Origin: Moniliella sp. 'wahieum'
Taxonomy: Eukaryota
Assembly: GCA_003971905.1 (NCBI GenBank)
Contig: RSEE01000065.1
Span: forward strand, 310,001 to 374,000
Direction: 5' to 3'
DNA length: 64,000 bases
A model generated the notes under the pieces. That model saw nothing but the letters and a program-made list of their open reading frames with translations. It had not been told where the DNA came from and did not search any database. Position 1 is the first letter of the stretch, and each line of letters begins with the position of its first letter. Both the position numbers and the translations under genes were made by a program. Below are positions 25,415 to 36,889 of this stretch, one piece after another.

Positions 25415-26885
25415 ATGACCCACCGCGTCTCCGTCTCGCCCGCCCCGACCGAGCCGTTGGCCTACACCCCTCCTCCCATGCGCGAAGAAGGCGAGCTTGA
25501 GGAACCCAGCGGGCTCGATGCCCTCGCAGCCCTTGCCGCCGCTCCCCTCAGCCATGGCTCATCCGACATGAGTGAGGAAGGTCGCATCCCGGATGGCCGT
25601 GACGATTTGTCCGATAGCGACAACAACCCGGACGCCGACGAGCCGGACCAGGAGCCGGACCAGGAGCCGGACCAGGAACAAGAGGACGCTGAGAAGGATG
25701 ATGAGGGCAATGGGGACGCTACCCCAGCGGTATCTCCGATGCCTAGTCCTAACCCCATTGCAACTCTGGGCTCGCTTGGCATTGTGCCACCTTGATGCCT
25801 GATCCAGCTGCGAAACTCAAGACCTCACTTTTGTCAAACGCGACAGGTGTAGAAGACCTCGAGGACAGGAACAAGACGAGGACGAAGATGAGGAAACGAG
25901 GAAGAAGAAGAAGAGATGACGATGACGATGATGACGAAGAGGCGGTTAGCCCGGCGTGCGAAGGCCCGAGCGGAGCGGAGAGCATCGATGCTGCAGGCCA
26001 AGAAGGAGGCTGAGGAGCGGGCCGCCAAGGAGAAAGAGGAACAGGAAAAGGCTGATCAAGAAAAAGAGGCTAGTCTCAAGCGCGCGAGGGAAGAGGCGGA
26101 CGAGGAGGAAGGGCCCAATAAGCGCTTGGCCGTCGTACTGGAGGATGGGCGAACGTGGGACCCCGGCCACTGATACGCCCGCAGGAGAAGAGGGTAGGTG
26201 CCCCATCTTTTTTGCTGCTGGGTTGGCTTGTGCTGACCGATACAGATGCAGGCGCCGATGAACTGGCTGTCAAGCGGCAGGAAGCACTGGATACGCTGAC
26301 GGGATCGAGGTGGACTTTGCGGCTCTACGAGACCGACTGTATGAAGAACGCATGTCCGAGGCAGCGCAGGAGGCACTCTTGCTCTATGAGGGTACCCACC
26401 CAGAACTGGTGCGGATCGGGTCACTGATTGAGCAGCGCCGGGCCCATGCGCGCGAAGTTACGCTGGCTTGGCAAACGCTTGTTACCGCAGAGCTGGAACG
26501 AACACGTGCCGCCCACCAAGAACGATCTGGTCTTCCTGGCGTGCCGAATTGGCCGACCTGCGGACCAACATGCTGGACGCGACGATGCGCAAGCGGCGAC
26601 AGATCGAGCGCGAGCGACGAGCGCTCGATCGCGCCGCCGCGCTGCAGGCCAACCCTCCGGGGCAGGGCATGAGTACGAGCTGGCGATTGAACGGGAACCA
26701 GCGACCTGGCACGCGCATATGCAGCGGCCGCGGGCTTCCCGCAAGCGGGGCCAGCGGAGGAGAACGGGGCAGAAGGCGGGCTGCTGGCGTATCCTCTGCC
26801 GCGCGGGCTGGATGCAAATGTGGCGAACGACCTGGCGCAGGTGGGGCTGCTTCCGCCGCCAGAGCCGCTGCCGGAGATGGAGTAG
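25415..26885 (+). CDS. Sds3-family Rpd3L histone-deacetylase complex subunit (Dep1-like); intron about 26194-26246
   Basis: 'KRQEALDTL..IEVDFAALRDRLYEERM....EALLLYEGTHPEL', 'WSSW...LADLRTNML...RKRRQIERERRALD'; acidic N-terminus with (EPDQ)x3. Confidence 0.8.
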
Positions 26886-27642
26886 AGTATGCCCGCTTTG
26901 AACGCCGCTCGCCTCCTCGCGCATATGGGGGCGGTGCAGGCGGGTACAGCGAGGGCTACTGGGGCGCTTAGACGCGCAGGAATTGGATTGTTAGAACGCA
27001 CACGCAACGCACGCAGCTGCCGGCCATCTCGGCTGGGCCGCAGCCACCGGCTGGCACGCATTGTGCTTGTCGCGTGCTGATGCACCCGTGCAGCTCATGC
27101 ACTCATGCCCCGGTGCGACAGCGCGCAGGCGCTCCGGCGCTCAGGGCGCACGTAGGCATGGCGCATGACGCGTGACAGCTGTGCTTCCGGGATGCGTGAC
27201 AGACGCTACATGCTGTAGACTTATATATGCTTCAGGTAGCCTGTATGCCCCTCCTCCACCCCCCTTGCCTCCCTCCACCTCCACGCTCTTTCCGCGCCAC
27301 ACTCGCCTGCCCCTCGCCTGCCATGGACACCAAACCGACACCGACACCGACGCGCTCCTCCCATGCTCATCCGTCTGCCCACATCGTCCCCCACCCACCC
27401 GCCCCTCCCACCACTTCGTCCCACTGCCCCAGTACGCCTCACCATTGCGCTTCGCCTCAGCCCCCGCCCCATCCGTCGCGGCCCTGCTCCCTGCTGCCGT
27501 GGGATACCGGTCTGCATCACCTGTCTCCGTCTCCGTCTCCCCCACCCCCGCGTCACGCTTAGCCACCAACAATCTGCTCTTCGACCCGCCCCAGCACACT
27601 CCATGGTGCACCCCGCGACGTCCGGGGTTCCAATTCAGCACA

Positions 27643-29485
27643 ATGAGCGACGCACCATCGGGGGCATCCCCCCCTTTCTCGCCTTGCCTCTGACTGGGCC
27701 TTTTCTGATGGACGCTCAGACTTGATGGTTCCCTTCGGCAGCCCCCTCTTCCCCTGGAGCCGCACACCCCCTTCGACCCCCAATTAGCAGAGATCTGGCC
27801 AGCAGAATTGGCTGTCTCTCCCTCTGAAAAAGAGTAACCATAACCCCCTCAAGGATCTATATCGACGTATCTCCCGCGCCGCCGTCCCCCCCCTCCCCAA
27901 ACCACGGTGGAAATACTAACCACGGACCAGTTGGATGAGCAACATACGCCACGGAACGCTCTACTTGCCTCGCCCCCCTGGCAGGAACCATCCATCCTTC
28001 GCCCACCCAGCGGGGTCTCTCCAAAGTTCTCCGTTGTTGTCCCCATCGCTTCCAGAGGCCCCATTGTTCACGGAAGTTATACCTAAAACGCAAGAGCCTC
28101 CAACTGAATCGGTTGAGCGCGTTGTTCAGCAAGCTAGTTACTTTACCCGTTCACATGGCCGCGCTATCGCCCGTCTCATTGGTAGAGGGGGGGGCCGAAC
28201 AGAAGTGGCGAAAATCTTACTCGACATTGCGGCTGGCTCAATGGAACCAATGGAATCTAAACCGGAACGAATGTCTTCCTTTACACCGAGGCGGGCCGGA
28301 GCAAGGCCTCTGCCCAGAAGGTCAAGTCCGATTCGAGTGGGCGTAGCCCTCTAATGCGCGACGCAGCCATCCCATTCCACCCCCCCTTGTGTCTCCTGTG
28401 ACAATCGCCCCTGTACGCCACTGCAACGGAGAAAATCGATCTCTTTCCTGAACGGAAGGAGTGGATGCGGTTATTCCCTGATAACATGCCACTCTTGACA
28501 CTATGCCCCAAGTTTTACATACGGTACCCCGTTCCCACCATGCTCTCCACCTCTCCCGCATTGCCAGAACTCATGTTTCCCTCAGCGCCTCTGCGAGATA
28601 TATTTTACACGCTCCATCGTCACCCTGAACGGAGCGAGGCTTGGAAACGACCTCGTCATCTGTTCGATCTCTATACACCCCCGCCTTTTGCAAGGAAATG
28701 GACGCGAAAGGGCCGGACTCTGTCCCATTTGGTACGTGCCTCCTGTGGTGTGATAATTATGAGTATAACACGCAGATTGACGGTGGTGGTGTGTCTGTAG
28801 CTGAAGAAGGGGTCGAGCATTGGGCCAAAGTACGTTTTGCCCCCTTTGTGGATGGGATGGTGGGCAACGCTGATCTAGTGACGGGGGGATGGAATGGAGT
28901 GTAGACTAAAACGTCCAACTACAACTATCACATGTTGTATGTCCACGGCATCAACTCTGCGACTGGGTTACCCTTCTACCCTCCTACTGCCTTCCGCAAA
29001 TCGCCCCGCCCCTTCTCTCGTCGAGGGGACAAGGTTGAAGTTCTCCAAGGCCAATGTACGTTCTTTCTGATTCCCTTCACGTCTGCCAGCTCCTTAACCA
29101 CCGACCCCCCACATAACAATATGCTACTAGGCTCTACATGCAAGCAGTGTAAGTTCCTTCTCCCTTTTGGCTCTCCGTTAATGCGTCTGACATCCGCCCA
29201 ACAAGGGATCGACATTGAGAGCATTCGTCCTTGCCAGGTCAAGTACCGGAGATTTACTGGTGGAAACACGCTCACAATGCCAAGGAGTTTACAAGACCCT
29301 CACCTTGGTGGAAGCGGTACAAGAGCTACAAGTTTTTGATCCTGAAGATCAGGTCCGTTTTCCCTTCTCTCCTTCGGTATAGTATTGGTACGCGAAGACT
29401 GACATTGAGACGAAGCTCTATCTCGCTACCTCGGTTTATTCAGACCGCGGAGGACCCTTTTGAGGGGGAGGCCGTTGAGAGTTGA
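27643..29485 (+). CDS. Rua1-like transcription regulator (DUF4451 / Rua1 C-terminal domain); several short introns between 28730 and 29445; start uncertain
   Basis: 'DLYTP', 'GLCPI', 'KTSNYNYHMLYVHGINSATGLPFYPP', 'LQGQC', 'VPEIYWWKHAHNC'. Confidence 0.78.
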
Positions 29486-30487
29486 GAGGTGAGATGTGAG
29501 CATTGTAGTCATCTTCTCTCTCTCTCTCTCTCCTCTTTTCCAAAACCGCAACACGAAGGTTGATGATGTTTTGTTCGTCTCGTTTTTTATTCTTCCGTTC
29601 GTCCGCCATGGTTGAGCACGTTGAGTACAGTTGCGCCTCTTGATTTGGCTGTCTCCATTCTCCTTCATATACAGAGAGTTCCAACTGTTTCCCTAGCCGA
29701 TAATAATGTTAAATTGGTCACAGTCTAGTTTGCTATATAAGGTCGCCCTCCCTGTGTGCGGAGACATAATCGAGACACAATCGCAATAGATTGAGTGAAG
29801 TGTAGCGACGTCCTCTGGTATGAAGACCGCCCATAATTAACGCGTAACGTGATCAGAGGCCGGAGGGGGGCCGAGTCGAGACAAAGTCAGGGAATGTGGC
29901 ACGGTGTCGTCAGCGGGTGAAGAAGCAAGAGCCGAGGACATGGAACGAATCAGCAGAGCAAGGAAGGAACGAGACGCTCGAGACGAAGAAATTGGAAATG
30001 GGAACGGGAACAGCCAAACTATGACATCAAGATGCATATCACATGATGTGCTGCATGAGGCATATGCGAAGAGGACCTGCAAGACTCCGTTAGCTGATGA
30101 AGGTGTTTGTAGTCCCGGGAGTCAGAAGTGGAGGAGGGTAACTGTAAGACCAAGAGTCAGCGCGAGGAACAGAAGAAAAAGAGAGACAACTCGGGGTGGC
30201 ATGGAAAGGAAAGAATGCATGAATAGCTCCATCAAACGATATAGTATAGTATAGTATAGTTTGACACACTTCTGCCTGTGAGGGGCCGGTCACCTGATCG
30301 GCCACAACAGTAGGTGTATAGGGTTTGGAGCTTTTATATCGCCTCATACACACGGGAAAACGTCAGCTGTTCCCCTGATCTGTCAGTACGATGGCGGGAG
30401 TTCTATACACGAAGACACGAGAGCGCCAAACACCGTGTTTTGGAAATTTGGAAAAGCTGATGTCACATGTCAGGTCACATGACTGCA

Positions 30488-32094
30488 CAAGTGGAGACGA
30501 GAGGTTGCCTGTATTACTGAATCAATTTTGGCTGGAAACGTTCAGGAGTTGGACAGGAAAGGCGGGAAGGAGGGACGAGAACGGAAGGTGGGAAAGGATC
30601 CCCACCAATCGAGGATGCTGACTGTTGGTTGGCCCCTTTTCGGTAACCCCCTTCTGTCTAAGCCCCATCGCACTGGGATAGATGTTGACAGAGCGAAGCA
30701 GACGAACCTGCTATCGAGTGCGACTTGGGAGCACTCGCGATCCTATGGATCGCTGCAATGCAGCCTTCAGACAAGGCGTGAAGGCAAAGTTCAAGCAACA
30801 TCTGAATTGAAGGGACGGAGACAGGAGAGAGAGAAGGGAGATGAGGCGAGCAGGGCGCGCGCGCCCTGCGAGCGGAACTCTTCCGCCCGGGTAAGTGAGC
30901 GTCACCCATCCACGAGGGCCGTGCAAGGGAACCCCAGCACTACCCTCCAACAGAAGCAAGTGAAGACTGCGAAGGCACTAAGAATGTCATCCGATAGCAC
31001 TTCCTCGTCGAGCATATGACAGAGTCGCGTCGACGCGTCCCTCCACCCACTTAAAATGCCCCCTACCCGTACTCCCCGCCGGTGCCCCCATTGCGACACC
31101 GACGACCACACTCGCACGGGGTGCCCTTTGCATCCACGCCTACGGTTGTGCCGCCACTGCCGTCGCCCTGGCCACAAGGCTGCCGACTCCCCACAATGCT
31201 TATTTTCGAAGACGGATGACCACCCGACGCGTCTCTGACTGGCTCAAAGGGGGGCGGTGGTGCAAAGAGTAACCGAGGCACAAGGCGGAGTGGTCGAGAG
31301 CAATTGAGGGGGGAGGGGCAAGGGGGGACAAATCGGTGGAACATGGGAGGGGATGGAGCAGGATGATCGGTGGATGGCGGGCTCGATCCTTACCCTGGGC
31401 CCTGCCAGGAGGCTCTCACCCAGGTTGATGGGGTGCAATCCTTAGGTGGAGTACTCACGGTAGTTCAGGTTTGGGCTATTTGGTGGCGTGAATCCGAGGC
31501 GGCTGTACGCGTGCCAAGGCTGCGTATGCGCCGGCTTGGGGTAGTAACGTGTCTGAAGCCTCCGGGGCTTAGGGACGGGTAGGTGCAGTGGAGGGAAAAC
31601 ACTGCCAGAGCTGAAGCTGGGAAGGAGCGGCTGTCGACGTAGCTGTGAAAGGAACCCACGCGATATGCTGTGGTAGGGGGAATCGACGCCACTGAAGGAA
31701 AGTTCGCGCGACTGGGCGGATGAGGTTGGATGATGAACATGAGGCAGCTAAGTGGAGACGAGAGGTTGCCTGTATTACTCAATCAATTGGCTGGAAACGG
31801 TCAGGAGTGGACAAGAAATGTGGGAAGGGACGAGAATGGAAGGTGGGATAAAGGAGGATGCTGACTGTTGGATGACCGGTGACCCTGAGGCCTGATGAGA
31901 GAGAGAAGGGAGATAAAGCGAGCAGGGCGTGCGCGCCCTGCGAGCGGAACTCTTCCGCCCGGCTAAGTGAGCGTCACCGATCTACCGAGGGCCGTGCAGG
32001 GGAACCCCAGCGTTAGGCACTACTCTCCAACAGAAGCAAGCGAAGGCTGCGAAGGGCGAAGGCACTAAGAGTATCATCCGATAGCACTTCCTCG
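30488..32094. mobile_element. Unclassified 1.6-kb insertion with diverged direct terminal repeats (30489-31007, 31750-32094) and a 27-bp target-site duplication
   Basis: Identical TGTCACATGTCAGGTCACATGACTGCA at 30461-30487 and 32095-32121; both terminal repeats begin AAGTGGAGACGAGAGGTTGCCTGTATTACT and end CCGATAGCACTTCCTCG. Confidence 0.75.
31056..31238 (+). CDS. 60-aa ORF with two CCHC zinc knuckles (gag/ORF1-like remnant) inside the insertion
   Basis: CPHCDTDDHTRTGC (CX2CX4HX4C) and CRHCRRPGHKAADSPQC (CX2CX4HX7C). Confidence 0.55.
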   Translation: MPPTRTPRRCPHCDTDDHTRTGCPLHPRLRLCRHCRRPGHKAADSPQCLFSKTDDHPTRL

Positions 32095-33309
32095 TGTCAC
32101 ATGTCAGGTCACATGACTGCATGTGACCGTCAATGTTGAGCGTAAAGAGGAGTATTCGCACAGGTTATCCCTACTTACAACACCTAACAATGACCACTAG
32201 GGTGCATGCGGAAGCGACGAACAGCAGGGTCCACCACAGAGGGCGTGTGGGGAACCGTCCGTGGGAAGAAGAGCAAAAAGCCTCTGCCCGTGCTTTAGAT
32301 GTGCCGCTGCACCCCCTTTCCTTTTCTATGTGTGCCATGTATCAAAGCCATTATACCATCAGTGATCGATCGAATGATCCACTGACTGAGCCCTGCACCA
32401 GCGCATCAGCACCATCAACAATGCATCAGCGCTCAGGCTCTCAGCCTGGGCCTTCCATGCCACCCGGTCCGCGGCATATGCGCGGCGCCAACATGCGCTA
32501 TACCCACATCCCGTACTTTCCGCGGGGTTCCAGAGCCTCGTCCGTTCATTGATCATCTCGATCATTCCCGGTGTCAATTGTCCCCCAAAACAGGCGAGTG
32601 CGCCTCCGCTCGTTCTGGAATCCCATGCATCATGCACGTCACATCTTCCTTCCTGGATTGCCACAGCTAATATACATAGGCCAGTGCCCTATTATAGACC
32701 ACAGCGTGCATCAAGCATCGCGTGGTTTACCAGAGCCATCATCGATCATTGATCCTCCTTGGCTGTATATTCCTCAACCAACAGCTGTAGCACAAAACAT
32801 GTTGGAAGCTTGAAGGTTTTGATGTGTAGTAACAGGTAACAGGTAACCGATAACCGGTATCCGGTATCCGGTATAACATTCCAATCTCGTTCTTCTGCTG
32901 GTTCTGCCCTGTCCCGCCTCGACTACATGGAGGCTATTGATATACGATGACTAGCGAAAAGCTTGAAGCATATATGAAGACGCAGAGGCGAATGGCTGTG
33001 GCCGGCGGTGGCTGTTCGTGGATGAGTGCATGGTTGTGTGTGATGCGGGCTACGGGCTGCGCACGCGACCTGTGGTTTAAATGCCTTGGTGCATCAGCGG
33101 CTGAGCCCCTTATTGCTCCTAGTGGGATAGTCGATGGTAGGGTGTGGCAACTAGGTGTGGGCTTGCGGCACATGTCACATGTCACATGCAACACTGTTAC
33201 ATGTTGCAGTAGGTCGGAGTAGGCCGGATGAGTCCCACAGGCCAGGCGGCCGTTGTTTCGGGCCCAGCCTCAGCCTCGCGCTAGGCCGAGCAGGGAGCCT
33301 TGGAGCTCT

Positions 33310-33469
33310 TGTCGGCCTCGCTACTACCACAGAATGTGAGCATGAACGTCGTATTGGACTAAGAAGCTTCTGCGACTGACTCGTCCAGAAGACTGGTGCG
33401 AGCTCGGAAGGAAATGAAAGCTGACTCACGTGACTCAGGGTCCGCGCGGTCCTAGGACGGATGTCAACA
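33310..33469 (-). repeat. 3' LTR of the Copia element
   Basis: Matches 38192-38354 apart from small indels; preceded on the minus strand by a polypurine tract (33470-33477). Confidence 0.93.
33422..33437. promoter_or_regulatory. Two AP-1/Gcn4-type TGACTCA sites overlapping a CACGTG E-box in the LTR (also 38307-38322)
   Basis: TGACTCACGTGACTCA read in both LTRs. Confidence 0.5.
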
Positions 33470-33492
33470 CCCCCGCTGACCGGAGGGCCCAG

Positions 33493-36400
33493 TCATGTGG
33501 ACTGGATCATCTCCTCGACGCGGAGTTGAGCAAGATGGCTTGTCAGGGCGGGACGGCCGAGAGGCTTGGTGAGGACGTCCGCTGGGTTCCTTTCGCCGGG
33601 GATGTGTACAAGTATGGCCTCGCCCGAGTCCACGTGTTGCCGTACATTGTGGTACCGGATCTTCAGCTCTCGGAGCTTGCCGGTGCTGCCAAATTTGTGG
33701 GCGATCGACGACAGACTATTGTCGCAATACCAATGAATGGGGTGTACCCTCGCCGATGGCCCCAAGCTCGATCATGATGTTCTTGACATAGTTGGCGTCA
33801 ACCAGTCCATCATATCCTGCCGTATATTCGGCGGCGGCGGTACTGGTAACGCTCTTCGGCTGAAGAATGGATCGCCACGACACCGGCACACCGTACACAT
33901 CAGTAGGCATCCAGATGTGGAGCGTGCCTGGATGGGATCTCCCGCCAAGTCGGAATCTGTATACAGCGCAATGGCCGGTGCATGCATTGATGTTGGGGTA
34001 ACCTCAGGCCCTTTCCTCGAGTATGGTACAGGTAGCGAAGGAAGTCATCGACTGCTTGATGATGCTGCTGCGATGGGTCGGCAGCGGTCTGCTGAGGGCC
34101 GTTGATAGCGAAGAGGGAGTCAGGCCGGCCCATTCGTGCAGCCCACAGTCCCGACGATCTTCCCTGATATGCCTTGCGCAAGGCTGGGAGGATGGGGGTT
34201 CAGGGGTCGGCACGGGGCGGTATCATCCGTACGGGATGTGGGAGAGTCCGGATCCACGGGGCTTTGATGTGGTGCTTTGCCACCACTTCCTCGATGAACT
34301 TTGGTTGGCTCAGGTACAGCTCCCCACCGATCCGATCGTATTGGCATCCCAGGTGGTAGTGAAGGGGACCGTTACCACGAACATCAATGTGTGTGTTTAT
34401 CTCGGCCATAAACTCCTCGTACTTTTGGTGTGACTTGCATGCGAGGAGCAGATCGTCGGTGTGGACCGCCAGGAGGATCTGCTCACCCGGTGTGCAGCGC
34501 GCACGAACAAGCAGGGCTCGGTAAGCTTTGCGTGAAGCCGAGCTTGTCACGCAGCAGGTTCGGATGTATCGTGCCCAGTTTGCTCCGCTCTGATGTAGCC
34601 CGTATAGACTCTTCTTGAGACGCCACACGCGACCACCCGCTTCGGGGAAGTAGGGGGGTGGGCGGATGTAGACTGCTTCTTCGAGGGGGGCGTTCAGGTA
34701 CGCTGCATTGACGTCCGCCGAGAAGAGGCCAAACTTATACTTCTCGGCCAGCACGACGAGGGTCAGGATGGCAGGTGTGCGCACGATGGTGCGAACGTCT
34801 GGCCCCAAGTCTCGGCCGATTGTTGGTGTCCGCCCGCGACAAAGCGCGCGCGGTGGCGCAGGAACCGGCCCTCGGCGTCCGTCTTTGTGGTGATGCGCCA
34901 TAGTCCTATGAGGATTTGTGCACCGGTGGTGGGTACGTAGCCTCGTAGGTGCCGTATCGCGCGAGTGTGGCCACCTCGTCGGCCATAGCCTGCTTGACCA
35001 TGGCAAAGGAGGGGTGAGTCTCGAGACCCTTGAGCGTCTTGGGAGCGAGGGGTACGCCATCCTTGGTGAGCTGAACCGTGTCCGGGTGGATGGGTGCGCT
35101 GAGAGCAGTCATGGCGGCGTATTCGGGAGGTTGAACTGTGTCGGCAAACGGGGGGGCGGATGTGTCAGGTAGGGGGCGGGCGATGACGATCTCTGGTGCG
35201 GCGCAGTGGGGCGTGGCGGCTGCAGCACGAGCATGGTAGGTCGTGTCGGTGGGGTCGTCAGCGATTGGGAGTGTGTGCAGGTCGAGGGAGGTGCGGGTGG
35301 TGCGCTGGCGGAGGGGGTAGCGGCGGAGGGGGGTGGTGGTGGGAGCGGGTGTCTGGGGTGTGGCGGCGGTTCGGGGCATGGGTGCTGCCGCGGCTGGCGG
35401 AGTAGGGTTAGCGTCTTTTTCACTGTCGATTTTAATTTGAGGTGATTTGGAGATGTCGGTGGGAAGTGGTCGGGGTGGAGATGGGGGTAGATGGCGTTGC
35501 CCCTTTGTACGGTTTCGACCAGCGGTAGGTGAAGGTACCCAGGGATGGTTGGTATGTGGCGAAGAGCCATCCCTTTGATCCGCGCTGATGGTGGTATCCT
35601 ACCAGCATACCTTCCTCTGCCCGCGCGCTGAGCTTGTGCTCGCGGCGTGACTCGGGCAGATGGAGGTATGCAACGCGGCCAAAGGGTTGCATCGGTAACG
35701 AGTATGCGTGGCCTTTGTATCGCTCAAATCGCGATTTGTTGTCTTCCCCGGATGTTTGAGTGGCATTTGGTTTTGGGTGAAGCACGCAGCGTGGAGGCTG
35801 TGTTCCCACCAGTCCGACGTCGGAAGACCTGTACCCAAGAGCAACTGCCTTGCACGAGTCGTTATGGTTCGGATGGCACGCTCAGCCACACCGTTGCTAG
35901 CACTCTGCCCCGGGATTGTCCGTTCTGACGTGATGCCTTGCTCGTCAGAAAAGGTTGCAGTGCGCTTGTCAATTCGGGGGCGTTGTCCGTGCGCAAGTCC
36001 GCAGCAGTCTGTCCGGGCCGTAGCGTTGCTCCCGCAATATGAGGTTCCGCAGTTCCTTCGTTGCAGCGCCCTTTGTCGGGATCGCTGTGGTGAAGACGTA
36101 CCGCGTGAAGTCATCAACGGCGACGAGGGCGTATCCGTGCCCCATGCCGGTTACCCGGGGGAGGTCTACTACGTCGACGTGGAGGACCTCGAAAGGTCTT
36201 TTGGATCGGAGGCGGTCCCGGCTCGGATGGGGCGATGCTGTCGCTAGTGCCACCGCGCATGTTGGGCAATCCCACTCTGAACGACAGAGGGAGATATGCT
36301 TGGCTGTGACGCGGAGGCCTGCGGTTTCCGATCGTGTAAGCCAGGGGAGGAGGTCGATGGCTGCGTGGTTCCAGCGTTTGTGGGCTTTAGAGACGTGGTC

Positions 36401-36889
36401 CAGGGCCAGGGATGCTGCGAGGGAGTTTGGGGTTGAGGGTGGGTCGGCCGGTTTGATCGGTTTGGTCGCCATGGCCCGCAGGGGTGTGGGTGGCGTTCGC
36501 GGGTTGTGTAAGATCGTGAATTGATAGTCACTGCCGGTTACTTTTCGTAGGGTGGATCCTGGGTTACCAAGCCAGATACCCTTCTGGTGTGGGGCGAAGT
36601 ATGATGCGATTCCGGTGTTCGACAGGTGTGCTACACTGACGAGATTTCGGCTGAAACGGGGCATGTATAGGCTGTTGGGGAGTTTTATCTCCATTTGGTG
36701 TCCTCCTAAGCATCGGATACGGATTGTGGCCGTGCCTCGTCCTTCCGCCTTTACATGTGTCCCGTTAGCAACCTCTATCTCGTCGTCGCAAGGGGTCATG
36801 GATGTGAAGACGGATTTGTCTTTCCAAATGGATGGGAATGCCCCACTGTCATATAATGCCCGGATGATTCGCATTTCGCCCCCGAGTTC
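33493..36889 (-). CDS. pol: Copia pol: protease, integrase, reverse transcriptase, RNase H (broken by indels)
   Basis: PR 'LYDSGA'; IN 'HKRWNH...CPTC', 'LHVDVV', 'VDDFTRY', 'SNGVAER'; RT 'ADVNAAYLNA', 'LKKSLYGLHQSG', 'VHTDDLL'; RH 'YTDSDLAGD', 'AEY', 'NPADVLTKPL'. Confidence 0.93.

Noticed and set aside
30995..31012. TCCTCGT resembling an HDV ribozyme L3 loop (also 32089-32095), and CTGATGA at 31892 resembling a hammerhead core
   Set aside because: Flanking P3/P1 stems and the GAAA/stem II elements could not be built by eye.
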